From contig CAVRBW010000024.1 of assembly GCA_963719325.1 (NCBI GenBank), positions 16,968-80,967 on the forward strand: a stretch of 64,000 nucleotides of DNA, given 5' to 3'. Positions 46,455 through 55,548 of the stretch are shown here, one piece after another (the stretch's first letter is position 1; every line of letters begins with the position of its first letter). Both the position numbers and the translations under genes were made by a program. Under the pieces are notes generated by a model. The model was not told where the DNA came from, made no database searches, and worked only from the letters and a program-made list of their open reading frames with translations. The stretch is from an uncultured Actinomycetes bacterium. Lineage in GTDB: Bacteria > Actinomycetota > Thermoleophilia > Gaiellales > Gaiellaceae.

Positions 46455-47492
46455 CGCACCTCGCCCGGGGACACTCGAAGGAGCTGCGTCGGCTCGCCCG
46501 GCAGCGTATCGGCCGTCGTCGCGGTGATCAGTGTCTGCCCCCGGTCTCGAACCTGCTCGACCAGCGCCCGGCGGCGATCAGGGTCCAGCTCCGAGAGGAC
46601 GTCGTCCAGGAGCAGCAGCGGCCGGTCCCCTCGACGCTCGACCAGCAGCTCGGCCTCTGCCAGCAGCAGGCCCAACACGGCAGTTCGCTGCTCGCCCTGG
46701 GATCCGAACGAACGAAGGTCTCGGTCCCCGGCCGCGATCGAGACGTCGTCGAGGTGAGGCCCGATTCCGGTCGCTCCTCGCTCGAGGTCACGCTCGAGGC
46801 GCGCCTCGAGCGAGTCGGCGGTCGGCGGGACGCCCTCGTAGGCCAAGCATGCGTCGGGGAGGCCGAGAGCGGCAGCAACCCGGTCGAACGGCCGAAGCAA
46901 GAAGCTCGAGGAGCTCGGTCCGAGCCGCGACGAGCTCCGCGCCGAGCGTTGCCGCCTGCTCGGTCCAGGGACGAATGGCGTCGCGGTGACCACGCTTCAG
47001 GGCGGCGTTCCGTTGCGCGAGCACGGCTGCATAGTCCGCCGGCAAGCCGCTGCGCGACGGATACAACCGTCCCAGCGCCCGGTCGAAGTAGGCGCGGCGC
47101 GTGGCGGGGCCGCCTTTCACGATCGCCAGGCGGTCGGGTGTGAACACGAGCGTCGCCGTCTCGCTCCGCAGTTGCTCCGCGGCTCGAAGGCGCGCACCGT
47201 TCAACTCGGCGCGCTTGGCTTCCCCCCTCGACAACCCCACGACAATGCGGGTCTGGGTCTCGTTTCGCGTTCCGGCGACTTGGATTCGCGCTGCGGTCTC
47301 GCCAAAGCGGATGAGCTCCCCGTCCGAGCGCGTTCGTGGCGAGAACCCCTGCGTGGCGACGTGCAACGATTCGAGCAGGTTCGTCTTGCCCGCTCCGTTC
47401 GGACCGACGGCCAGGACGAGACCTGCCTCGAGCGCGAGCTCGAGGCGCGCATAGGAGCGAAAGTCGACGAGGGAGAGCGTGGCGACGATCAG
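46442..47492 (-). pseudogene. recF: recombination protein RecF with no canonical start codon and one +1 frame change
   Basis: My own translation gives an N-terminal part IVATLSLVDFRSYARLELALEAGLVLAVGPNGAGKTNLLESL (Walker A). It has no in-frame ATG/GTG/TTG upstream, only a CTG overlapping the dnaN TGA. The frame changes near 46892-46907 (...TELLELL | LRPFDRVAAALG...). The C-terminal part carries the signature GSQGEQRT and Walker B LLLLDDVLSELD. Confidence 0.75.
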
Positions 47493-48586
47493 CCGGCCAA
47501 GCGGATCGGCATGATCAGGTACCAGAAGTCGTCGCTCGGCCCCTGGATCAAGCCTGGCCGCAAGGGGTCGATCAAGCGCAGCCGGAGCTCGTCTCCCGTC
47601 GCAGACTCGATCCCGTCGCGCAGGAACTCGGCGTTGAACCCGATCTCGAGCGGTTCGCCTTCGAACCGGATCGGCAGCGTCTCCCTCGCTTCACCGACAT
47701 CCTGTGTCTGCGTCCACACCGTCACCTCGCCCTCGGCAAATCGCAGCCTGAGCGGCGAGTTCCGATGGGCCATCACCGACGTGCGGCGGACGACCTCGAG
47801 GAGCTCCTCTCGCGGCAGGGTCACCTCGTGCTTGAACTCCTTGGGCCGGAGCTCGTCGAACTTCGGAAACTGCCCTTCGATACGGCGAGTCGTCAACCAG
47901 GTTCCCTCGACGCCGAAGACAACCTGGTTCTCCTGCACCCCGAGCTCCAACGAACCGCCGGTGCGAACCAGTCGGCGAAGCTCCTCGAGCGCGCGCGCCG
48001 GCACGATCGCCTCGAGCTCGGGGACGGAGCCCTCGACGGGCGTCTCGCGGTACGACAGGCGGTACGAATCGGTCGCCGCCATCACGAGCTTGCCGTCGCC
48101 GAAACGGACGAGGATACCGGTGAGAACGGGCCGTGCTTCGTCCCGAGATACCGCACGGCTAACCGACGCGAGGGTTTCGAGCAAGACGTCTGCACCGATT
48201 GCGGAAAGGGGCGCGACGTCCGTGTCGGGTAGACGCGGAAAGTCCTCGGCGCCGAACGTGTTCAGCCGATATTCGGCTGGGCCGCACTGGACGTGGAGGA
48301 CGTTCTCCTCCTCACGGTGCTCGAGCGTCACCTCGCTCTCGGGCAGCAGGCGCGACAGGTCGACGAGGAGCCGGCCCGGCACGACGACGGCACCTTCGCC
48401 GTCCACCTGCGCGTCGAGCAGTGTTCGAATCGAAAGCTCCATGTCCGTCGCGGCGAGCTCGACGCGACCTCCGCTCGCGCGAACGAGGATCCCGCTCAAG
48501 ATCTGAACGGCGGTGCGCGTGGACACTCCACGACCGACGACAGCGAGCTTCTGCGCGAGCTCCTCTCGTGAGCAAACGATCTTCAA
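47489..48586 (-). CDS. dnaN: DNA polymerase III beta sliding clamp
   Basis: Full-length clamp pattern. TTG at 48586 gives MKIVCSREEL, like the canonical MKF..ER..L N-terminus, and has GGGGCAGGG upstream. The ORF track start is ATG 48619. Confidence 0.9.
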   Translation of the reverse strand: MKIVCSREELAQKLAVVGRGVSTRTAVQILSGILVRASGGRVELAATDMELSIRTLLDAQVDGEGAVVVPGRLLVDLSRLLPESEVTLEHREEENVLHVQCGPAEYRLNTFGAEDFPRLPDTDVAPLSAIGADVLLETLASVSRAVSRDEARPVLTGILVRFGDGKLVMAATDSYRLSYRETPVEGSVPELEAIVPARALEELRRLVRTGGSLELGVQENQVVFGVEGTWLTTRRIEGQFPKFDELRPKEFKHEVTLPREELLEVVRRTSVMAHRNSPLRLRFAEGEVTVWTQTQDVGEARETLPIRFEGEPLEIGFNAEFLRDGIESATGDELRLRLIDPLRPGLIQGPSDDFWYLIMPIRLAG

Positions 48587-48771
48587 CCCTGCCCCTATCA
48601 CGCTTTCTACTTGATTCATTTAATCCTTTCGTCGTAGTACATAGGGGGTGTGGAGCGTGTGGGAGACGGTGTCGAACCGCATGGTTGAGCGACGAACAGG
48701 TGTGGAGGCAGATGGGGACGAATCGGTGTTCTCCACTGCCGAGCCGAAGCGCCGTTGTTCTGTCCACACCG
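48587..48771. other. oriC candidate (dnaA-dnaN intergenic): DnaA-box cluster plus AT-rich unwinding element
   Basis: DnaA-box-like 9-mers: TGTGGAGCG (48649), TGTGGGAGA (48658), TGTGGAGGC (48701), TTCTCCACT (48729), CTGTCCACA (48760). Locally AT-rich tract TTCTACTTGATTCATTTAATCCTTTCGTCGTAGTACATAG (48604-48643) in an otherwise ~70% GC sequence. Confidence 0.7.
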
Positions 48772-50115
48772 TCACCGGACTTGTTTGATCCGAGCAGTCA
48801 GCTCCTGCACAAGGTTGTACACAGAGCGATCCGCCCGGATCATGTTCTGGATCTTCGCATTCGCGTGGAGCACGGTCGTGTGGTCGCGGTCGCCGAAGTA
48901 CTTGCCGATCTTCGGTAGTGAGGAGTCGGTCAACTCGCGAGAGAGGTACATCGCGACTTGTCTCGGGTAGACGATGTTCTGCGATCGCTTGTGACTGCAG
49001 AGCTCGTCGAGGCTCATGCTGAAGCGGTCGCAGACGACCTCCTGGATGCGCTCGATCGTCACCCGGGGAAGGTCTCCTTGTGGGAAGACATCTTTGAGCA
49101 CGTCCTGGGCGAGATCGGCGGTCATCGGCCGGCCGGTAAGGGAAGCAAACGCGACGACACGGGTGAGTGCCCCTTCGAGCTCGCGGATGTTCGTCGAGAT
49201 TCGCCCGGCGATGAACGTCAGAAGTTGCGGGTCGGCGATGTGGATGCCGTCTGTCTTCACCTTCTTGCGCAGGATCGCGATCCGTGTCTCGAGATCCGGT
49301 GGCTGGATGTCGGTGATCAGTCCCCATTCGAATCGCGAGCGCAGGCGCGCCTCGAGCGTGGCGATCTCCTTCGGCGGCCGGTCCGACGAGAGAACGATCT
49401 GGCTGCCCGACTCGTAGAGCGAGTTGAAGGTGTGGAAGAACTCCTCCTGGATGCGCTCCTTGCCCTCGAAGAACTGAACGTCGTCGATCAGCAGCACGTC
49501 GTAGTTGCGGTAGCGCTGCTTGAAGCCCTCGATCCGCTTGTCACGAAGCGAGTTGATGAAGTCGTTCACGAACGCCTCGCTGGTCACGTAGCGGACGGAC
49601 AGGTTGCCGGGATGCTCCATGACGTACTGCGCGATCGCTTGCAGAAGGTGCGTCTTGCCCAAGCCGGTGCTGCCGTAGATGAAGAGCGGGTTGTACGCCT
49701 GCGCCGGCGCCTCGGCGACAGCCAGCGCGGCTGCGTGCGCGAAGCGGTTCGACGACCCGATCACGAACAGGTCGAAGGTGTACTTCGTGTTCAGCCCGGA
49801 GTCGGGGCTGATCCGCTGCGCGGGAAAGCGCGCGGTGTCCGGGGCGGCGTCGAGCTCGGCGATCGTCAGCTGGACCCGTCGTTGCTGGCCGGTTGCGTCG
49901 CGAACTGCGGCTCGAATCAGCTCGAGGAAGTGCCCTTCGATCCACTCGCGCGTGAAGTCGTTGGGCACGGCGAGGACGAAGGAGTCGTCCGAGAGCTCCA
50001 TTCCTTGCACTTCGCCGAACCACGTGCGATAGGTCGATTCGTTGAGGGCTCCCTTGAGCCGCCCGGAAACCTCGGTCCACAGGCTCTCAGCAGTCAGCTC
50101 AATCGGTTGCTCCAC
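48772..50115 (-). CDS. dnaA: chromosomal replication initiator DnaA
   Basis: AAA+ motifs [11 protein letters not shown] and VLLIDDVQF. Domain IV is [23 protein letters not shown]...[19 protein letters not shown] at 50115 gives ~447 aa. Confidence 0.9.
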   Translation of the reverse strand: MEQPIELTAESLWTEVSGRLKGALNESTYRTWFGEVQGMELSDDSFVLAVPNDFTREWIEGHFLELIRAAVRDATGQQRRVQLTIAELDAAPDTARFPAQRISPDSGLNTKYTFDLFVIGSSNRFAHAAALAVAEAPAQAYNPLFIYGSTGLGKTHLLQAIAQYVMEHPGNLSVRYVTSEAFVNDFINSLRDKRIEGFKQRYRNYDVLLIDDVQFFEGKERIQEEFFHTFNSLYESGSQIVLSSDRPPKEIATLEARLRSRFEWGLITDIQPPDLETRIAILRKKVKTDGIHIADPQLLTFIAGRISTNIRELEGALTRVVAFASLTGRPMTADLAQDVLKDVFPQGDLPRVTIERIQEVVCDRFSMSLDELCSHKRSQNIVYPRQVAMYLSRELTDSSLPKIGKYFGDRDHTTVLHANAKIQNMIRADRSVYNLVQELTARIKQVR

Positions 50116-50441
50116 CCGCCCGGCCCCGGCCCCTTCGTCGACGACAGCGAGGGCCGAGCATAGCAACGTGGGACCGGCCGGACAATGGCCTCCTTTCGCC
50201 CGGGCGCAGCTCTCAAAACAGGTGGTTTTGCAGGGGTTTCTCGTACTTCCACACCGCTCTCCACAGGTGTGGAAAGATCGCCTCGAACGGGGTAGGGTCG
50301 CGGCCGAAAAAGGACCCTGCGCACGGTCTTTGCCCGCCGCGGTTGTCCACACAACCCCTGTGGAGAACCGGCTCGGAGAACCTCGTCTATACTGGCTATC
50401 CGCGGCCTGACGGGCCGCCGTTTTCTTGCCCCGGAGACCTC
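50116..50441. promoter_or_regulatory. rpmH-dnaA intergenic region with a second DnaA-box cluster and divergent promoters
   Basis: Boxes ACTTCCACA (50245), CTCTCCACA (50257), TGTGGAAAG (50268), perfect TTGTCCACA (50343) and TGTGGAGAA (50359). A TATACT hexamer at 50388-50393, about 49 nt upstream of the rpmH GTG, is a possible -10. Confidence 0.6.
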
Positions 50442-50576
50442 GTGAAGCGGACGTACCAGCCCAATGTGCGACGGCGGAAGCGCAAGCATGGCTTTCGCGC
50501 CCGGATGTCGACCCGCGCCGGCCGGCTCATCCTGAAACGGCGCCGGGCGAGGGGCCGCAAGCGGCTGTCCGCCTGA
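50442..50576 (+). CDS. rpmH: 50S ribosomal protein L34
   Basis: [48 protein letters not shown] lies 7 nt upstream of GTG 50442. Confidence 0.9.
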   Translation: MKRTYQPNVRRRKRKHGFRARMSTRAGRLILKRRRARGRKRLSA

Positions 50577-50605
50577 CGCGGACCGTAGTTCGGGGTCGGG
50601 AAACC

Positions 50606-50950
50606 GTGCATCGCCGCTACCGGCTTTCCCGTTCGCGGGACTTCGACGCGGTCTATCGGCACGGGCGGTCGGTCTCGACCCGCTTCCTCGTCCTCTACTG
50701 GTTCCCTCGCGACGACGACAGCGAGCCACGCCTCGGGATCGCCGTTCCGAAGGGAACCGGCAGCGCCGTCGAGCGGAATCGTGTGAAGCGCCGGCTTCGT
50801 GAGGCCTGGCGCGCACGCCTCCAGGACGTGCCGGCCGGCCGGGACTACGTGCTGATCGCGCGGCCGGCTCTCTCTGATGCGCTCGAGGATCGTGACGCCG
50901 AGTGGCTTGCGGAACGACTCGACGAGCTACTCGGAAAGGCAGCTGCGTGA
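50606..50950 (+). CDS. rnpA: ribonuclease P protein component
   Basis: [15 protein letters not shown]..., [13 protein letters not shown] (RNR motif). GTG start. About 114 aa. Confidence 0.8.
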   Translation: MHRRYRLSRSRDFDAVYRHGRSVSTRFLVLYWFPRDDDSEPRLGIAVPKGTGSAVERNRVKRRLREAWRARLQDVPAGRDYVLIARPALSDALEDRDAEWLAERLDELLGKAAA

Positions 50951-51237
50951 AGTACCTCAGCCTGCTGGTTCGCGGGCTCTTTCCTTCCTTCGGCGTCGCG
51001 GGCGCGCCGGTTTGCAAGTACCACCCGTCCTGCTCCGAGTACTCGTCGCTTGCCTTCCGTGAGTTCGGCTTCGTGCGTGGAACGGCGAAGACCGCTTGGC
51101 GGCTCCTGCGCTGCAATCCCTGGAGCCGCGGCGGAGTCGACTATCCGGGCCACCTCAGGCCTGGAAGCGCCACCGGCGAAGCCGGCGACGCCCGGGTGCA
51201 AAGACCGAGGCGCCGGAGGCGCCTCTTTGGCTCGTGA
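50947..51237 (+). CDS. yidD: membrane protein insertion efficiency factor YidD
   Basis: [48 protein letters not shown] overlaps the rnpA TGA. Confidence 0.8.
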   Translation: MKYLSLLVRGLFPSFGVAGAPVCKYHPSCSEYSSLAFREFGFVRGTAKTAWRLLRCNPWSRGGVDYPGHLRPGSATGEAGDARVQRPRRRRRLFGS

Positions 51238-52040
51238 TCGTCGCCGGCGTTCTCTCTCCGATCGAGAACGCGCTCGCTTGGCTGCTTCGGCATCTGCACG
51301 ACTCGGCTGGGCTCTCCTGGGGCTGGTCGATCATCGCGCTGACCGTGATCGTCCGTGTGGCACTTGTACCGCTGATGGTCCGTCAGATCCACTCGATGCA
51401 GTCGATGCAGCAGCACATGCCCGAGATGAAGGCGATTCAGCAGAAGTACAAGGGCGACCGGCAGCGCATGAACGAGGAGATGATGAAGTTCTACAAGGAG
51501 AACAGCATCAACCCGGCCTCCTCGTGCCTGCCGATGCTGTTCCAGTTCCCGATCTTCATCGCCCTCTACTTCGTTCTGAAGAACTTCACGAAGCACGTGA
51601 CGGCGACGCCGCACGAGCTCGGCTGGCTGATCGTGCCCAACATCACGCACAAGATCACCTCGCATTGGTCGGGCGCGGTCCTCCTCGTCGTCTACGTCGT
51701 CAGCCAGGTTTCCTCGGGCTACTTCGCGTCCACGTCGGCGCAGAAGAGCCAGCGGATTCTGCTGATGGTGTTGCCCGTCTTCTTCGTCCCGGTGATCACT
51801 CGCTTCCCGGTCGGTCTACTCCTGTACTGGGTGACGACCAACCTGTGGACGGTGGGCCAGGGAGTCATCACGCGGCGAATGGTGCCGAAGCCAGAACCCC
51901 CGCCCAAGCGCTCGTCACGAACGCCGCCGAAGGACGGCGGCGGGCCTGCGCCAGATCAGTCGCAGAAGCCTGCGCCGGCGTCTGCACGGCCGGCACCGCC
52001 GCGGCGCGTGAAGCGAAAGAAGAAGCGGACGCGGCGATGA
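51234..52040 (+). CDS. yidC: YidC/Oxa1-family membrane insertase (short form)
   Basis: [62 protein letters not shown], and a basic C-terminal tail. GTG overlaps the yidD TGA. Confidence 0.85.
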   Translation: MIVAGVLSPIENALAWLLRHLHDSAGLSWGWSIIALTVIVRVALVPLMVRQIHSMQSMQQHMPEMKAIQQKYKGDRQRMNEEMMKFYKENSINPASSCLPMLFQFPIFIALYFVLKNFTKHVTATPHELGWLIVPNITHKITSHWSGAVLLVVYVVSQVSSGYFASTSAQKSQRILLMVLPVFFVPVITRFPVGLLLYWVTTNLWTVGQGVITRRMVPKPEPPPKRSSRTPPKDGGGPAPDQSQKPAPASARPAPPRRVKRKKKRTRR

Positions 52041-52789
52041 GCCGTAGGCTCGACGGAGGCGATTCAGGAGCGGAGGTGCCGGCTTTGCCGGAGCGGGGCA
52101 CGAGCGAGCCGCTTCGCGTCGAGACGACCGGCGAGACGGTCGGCGAGGCGAAATGGCACGCACTGCGCGAGCTGGAGCGCCTCGCGCCCGGGCTCGACAA
52201 GGCGGCGGTGCAATTCGAGGTGATCTCGGAAGGCGAGCGCGGCCTGCTCGGTGTCGGGTACGCGCCCGCGCGTGTGGTCGCGATGCTGGCTGCGGCGGCT
52301 GCTCCTGCCGCTCCGCGTGCGGAGCCTGTTCCCGGAGAGTCGGGCATGGCAGGGGACGTGCGTGAGCTGCTCGAGCGGATCACCGCCGAGCTTGGTGTCC
52401 GCTGCAGGGTGGACGTGGCCGAGGGCGAGGACGCCGTCACCGCCTCGCTCACGGGCGACGACCTCGGGCTTCTGATCGGCCGCCACGGGCAAACGATCGA
52501 CGCGATCCAGTACTTGGCAAACGTGATCGCCTGGCGCGCGTACGGCGATGAGCGCAAGGACGTGGTCGTCGACGCCGCCGGCTACCGCGAGCGTCGCCGT
52601 GTGACCCTCGAGTCGCTGGCCATGACGAGCGCGGAGCGGGCCAGGGCGACGGGCGAGACGGTCGAGCTCGAGCCGATGACGTCGATCGAGCGTCGCATCG
52701 TGCACCTCTGTCTCAAGGAGCTTCCCGGCGTCAGCACCCGCAGCGAAGGCGAGGAGCCGTACCGCCACGTCGTCGTCGAGCCGGACTGA
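52037..52789 (+). CDS. jag: Jag/KhpB-type RNA-binding protein (Jag_N + KH + R3H)
   Basis: Contains TGETVGEAKWHALREL, GLLIGRHGQTIDAIQYL (KH) and MTSIERRIVHLCL (R3H). ATG overlaps the yidC TGA. Confidence 0.8.
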   Translation: MSRRLDGGDSGAEVPALPERGTSEPLRVETTGETVGEAKWHALRELERLAPGLDKAAVQFEVISEGERGLLGVGYAPARVVAMLAAAAAPAAPRAEPVPGESGMAGDVRELLERITAELGVRCRVDVAEGEDAVTASLTGDDLGLLIGRHGQTIDAIQYLANVIAWRAYGDERKDVVVDAAGYRERRRVTLESLAMTSAERARATGETVELEPMTSIERRIVHLCLKELPGVSTRSEGEEPYRHVVVEPD

Positions 52790-52844
52790 TCCACGGCTCG
52801 AGCGGTGGCTCGAGCGGCTACTCCAGACTCCGGGCCTGACCGCA

Positions 52845-53372
52845 ATGCGCGGGCGTGACGAGGCCCACCGCGTTCACGTCGCCGAAAGCCTGGCCGCCGT
52901 GCCGCAGGTCGCGCGATTCCCAGGCGGCATCGTGGACGTGGGCTCGGGCGGGGGTGCGCCGGGGATCCCGCTGGCCGCCGCGCTTCCGGATCGGGAGGTG
53001 GTTCTGCTCGAGGCGAGCCGACGGAAGTGCATGTTCCTCGAGTCGTTCGCCGCCGAGTTCTCCAACGTCCGAGTCGTCTGCCGCCGCGCGGAGGAATGGG
53101 AGGTCAACCAGATGGGGGTGGCGGTTGCGAAGGCGCTGGCGCCTCCGCCCGTAGCTCTCGAGTGGTGTCTGCCGCTCGTCGCCCCGGGCGGAGCGGCGAT
53201 TCTGTTCGTCGGGCCCACGGCGGATGCCGCTGCACTCGCTCGCGTCGCTTCTCAGCTCGGCGGTGGCGAGCCTGAGGAACACCGGGGGCTGGTCGTCGTC
53301 CGAAAGGTCACGGCGACGCCACCGGGCTTCCCTCGACGCGCCGGCGTCGCACGCAAGCGTCCGCTGGCCTGA
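52845..53372 (+). CDS. rsmG: 16S rRNA (guanine527-N7)-methyltransferase RsmG
   Basis: SAM motif VDVGSGGGAPGIPLA; HVAESL corresponds to H..DSL. In-frame homology to RsmG (PRLERWLERLLQTPGLTA) continues upstream of ATG 52845 without a canonical start. Confidence 0.8.
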   Translation: MRGRDEAHRVHVAESLAAVPQVARFPGGIVDVGSGGGAPGIPLAAALPDREVVLLEASRRKCMFLESFAAEFSNVRVVCRRAEEWEVNQMGVAVAKALAPPPVALEWCLPLVAPGGAAILFVGPTADAAALARVASQLGGGEPEEHRGLVVVRKVTATPPGFPRRAGVARKRPLA

Positions 53373-53413
53373 CGAAGGCCCGGGCCGTCCGCCGGCGAAG
53401 AAAGAATGTTCGG

Positions 53414-54169
53414 GTGGCCGGACGGGTCTATGCAGTCGCGAACCAGAAGGGCGGAGTCGGGAAGACCACGACCGCCGTCAATCTCGCCGCGTGCCTGGCC
53501 GAGGCCGGTCAGCGGGCGCTTGTCATCGATCTCGATCCTCAGGCGAACGCCACCTCGGGACTCGGCATGCGCGCGAACGGCACGTCCAGCTACGACCTCC
53601 TGGACGGCGTTCCGCTGGGCGAGCTGGCGAAGCCGACCCGGTTTCAGAACCTCTGGCTGGTGCCCTCGAAGCCCGATCTGGCCGGTGCGGCGGTGGAGCT
53701 CGCGCGACGGGACGACGGCGAGCGCTTCCTCGCCGAATCGCTGGTCGGCGCGGGCGAACAGTACGACTTCGCCTTTCTCGACTGTCCGCCGTCGCTCGGC
53801 CCGCTGACGGTGAATGCGCTCGCGGCCGCCGACCGCGTGCTGGTTCCCGTCCAGGCCGAGTACTACGCGCTCGAGGGGCTGTCGCAGCTGCTTCGGTCGG
53901 TCGACATCATCAAGGCGCGCCTGAACCCGCGGCTTGCGATCGCGGGCGTGCTGCTGACGATGGTCGACGGCCGCACCCGCCTTTCCGCAGATGTCGACGC
54001 CGAGCTCCGCCGGCACCTCGGTGAGCTGGTCTTCGAGACCGTCGTCCCACGGTCGGTTCGCCTCGCGGAGGCGCCGAGCCACGGTCTCCCCGCAATCGCC
54101 TACGACCGCCGTTCGGCGGGCGCCGAGGCCTACTGGAAGGTGGCGATGGAGCTTGTCGAGCGTCCCTGA
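53414..54169 (+). CDS. parA: chromosome partitioning ATPase ParA/Soj
   Basis: Deviant Walker A NQKGGVGKTTT and DLDPQANAT. 251 aa. Confidence 0.9.
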   Translation: MAGRVYAVANQKGGVGKTTTAVNLAACLAEAGQRALVIDLDPQANATSGLGMRANGTSSYDLLDGVPLGELAKPTRFQNLWLVPSKPDLAGAAVELARRDDGERFLAESLVGAGEQYDFAFLDCPPSLGPLTVNALAAADRVLVPVQAEYYALEGLSQLLRSVDIIKARLNPRLAIAGVLLTMVDGRTRLSADVDAELRRHLGELVFETVVPRSVRLAEAPSHGLPAIAYDRRSAGAEAYWKVAMELVERP

Positions 54170-55040
54170 TCGAAACGGCCGCCGCGGCCTCGGCCGCGGC
54201 CTTGAAGTCCTGATGGGCGGTGCGCCGGAGTCGGAGCTCGCGCAGTTGCCGGTGGAGACCATCCATCCGAACCCCCGTCAGCCGCGCAGGCGGCACGACT
54301 CCGAGGCGGCAGTCGGACTGGCCGACTCCGTCCGTGCTCAGGGCGTGATCCAGCCCGTCGTCGTCCGGCCGCGTCGGGCAGGCGGCTGGGAGCTGATCGC
54401 CGGCGAGCGGCGCTGGCGGGCTGCACGTGATGCAGGGCTGGCGAATGTGCCGGCGCTCGTGCGGGAGGCCGACGACCGCGACTCGCTCCTGCTCGCGCTC
54501 GTCGAGAACGTCGCCCGCGAGCAGCTCTCGGCACCGGAAGAGGCGCGCGCGTACGCGCTGCTGATCGACGAGTTCGGCCTGTCGCTGGGTGAAGTGTCCG
54601 AGCGAGTCGGACGGTCGAAGCCGGCAGTGTCGAACCGAATGCGCCTGCTCGAGCTCCCCGACGACGTGCTCGCGATGGTCGAGCGCGGCGAGCTGAGCGA
54701 AGGTCATGCCCGTGCGGTGCTCGCGGTCCCGGATCAGGACGGCCGCCGCCGGCTTGCTCGTGAGATCGTCAAGACCGGGATGTCCGTTCGGGCGGCCGAG
54801 CAGAAGGCACGCTGGGCCGGTGCCAAGCAGAAGCCGCGCCGCGCCGGTGCGCCGGTCGATCCGGCCTTGGCCGCACGCGTTCGGCTCGCCGCCGAGCGGC
54901 TCACCGGCCTCCCCGTCCGGCTGACGCGCGGTCGACTCGAGGTCCTGTTCGCGGACGACTACGAGCTTGCGGAGCTGGCCGAAGCACTCGAGCTTGCATG
55001 GGGGAAACGGTCGGTTTCCCCCATGGACCCCCTTCCCTGA
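54153..55040 (+). CDS. parB: chromosome partitioning protein ParB/Spo0J
   Basis: GLGRGLEVL, ParB box GERRWRAA, and HTH GLSLGEVSERVGRSKPAVSNRMRLL. TTG 54153 chosen. The last ~13 codons (WGKRSVSPMDPLP) are encoded by palindromic repeat copy c. Confidence 0.85.
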   Translation: MSSVPDRNGRRGLGRGLEVLMGGAPESELAQLPVETIHPNPRQPRRRHDSEAAVGLADSVRAQGVIQPVVVRPRRAGGWELIAGERRWRAARDAGLANVPALVREADDRDSLLLALVENVAREQLSAPEEARAYALLIDEFGLSLGEVSERVGRSKPAVSNRMRLLELPDDVLAMVERGELSEGHARAVLAVPDQDGRRRLAREIVKTGMSVRAAEQKARWAGAKQKPRRAGAPVDPALAARVRLAAERLTGLPVRLTRGRLEVLFADDYELAELAEALELAWGKRSVSPMDPLP

Positions 55041-55112
55041 TCCGTTTCGAACCCTTGATCCGTTTGTGTGCTGCGCCTGCACAGGCCGGTCGCGGCGGCA
55101 AATTGCGAACCC
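54997..55112 (-). repeat. palindrome-terminated dispersed repeat, copy c
   Basis: CATGGGGGAAAC-GGTCG-GTTTCCCCCATG at 54997-55025, followed by CCCCCTTCCCTGATCCGTTTCGAA...GTGTGCTGCGCCTGCACAGGCCGGTCGCGGCGGC. Overlaps the parB 3' end. Confidence 0.8.
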
Positions 55113-55142
55113 GCGCCTCGCCGCTACAATCCGCCGTCGCGC

Positions 55143-55216
55143 GGGCGATTAGCTCAGTCGGTTAGAGCGCCGCTCTGATAAGGCGGAGGTCCGTGGTTCG
55201 AATCCACGATCGCCCA
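55143..55216 (+). tRNA. tRNA-Ile (anticodon GAT)
   Basis: Hand-folded cloverleaf. Acceptor GGGCGAT/ATCGCCC, D-arm GCTC..GAGC, anticodon stem CCGCT/GGCGG with loop CTGATAA, T-arm CGTGG-TTCGAAT-CCACG. No encoded CCA. Confidence 0.9.
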
Positions 55217-55250
55217 ACCGCTTCGCTCGCGGCCTACGGCCGCGTCGCTT

Positions 55251-55348
55251 CACGGGGGAAACGGCCGGTTTCCCCCGTGTTCCCCCTTCCCTCCGCGCAC
55301 CCTCGGATCGGCCGTGTGCCGCGCCCGCACAGGTCGGTCGCGGCGACG
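55251..55348 (-). repeat. palindrome-terminated dispersed repeat, copy d
   Basis: CACGGGGGAAAC-GGCCG-GTTTCCCCCGTG at 55251-55279, followed by TTCCCCCTTCCCTCCGCGC...GTGTGCCGCGCCCGCACAGGTCGGTCGCGGCGAC. Colinear with copy c. Confidence 0.8.
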
Positions 55349-55548
55349 GACGGGCGGCCGTCCGCGCGCAGGACCCGACGGCATTCGCGAAGCACGACAA
55401 TCGGCTCTCGCACCAGGCATCGAAATCCTCGGCTCGAAGGCCGAAGGCTCTCAACGTCTCGGCAACTTGGGTCGCTGGCTCGCCCACCCGGCCGCGACGA
55501 CCGTTTTGGTTCGAGAACCCTTGGCTAACATCCAGGCGAGGCCTGGTC

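Noticed and set aside
53414-55140. parS site (TGTTTCACGTGAAACA-like) near parAB
   Set aside because: I found no convincing 16-mer by eye in or around parAB or the origin. GTGAAA/GTTTC fragments seen elsewhere belong to the palindromic repeat family. A pattern search allowing 2-3 mismatches is needed before concluding absence.
54997-55348. Integrated mobile element or att-site duplication at tRNA-Ile
   Set aside because: The flanking direct repeats belong to the dispersed palindromic family found elsewhere in the window. No integrase, excisionase or foreign-looking genes lie between or next to them, and the tRNA is complete.
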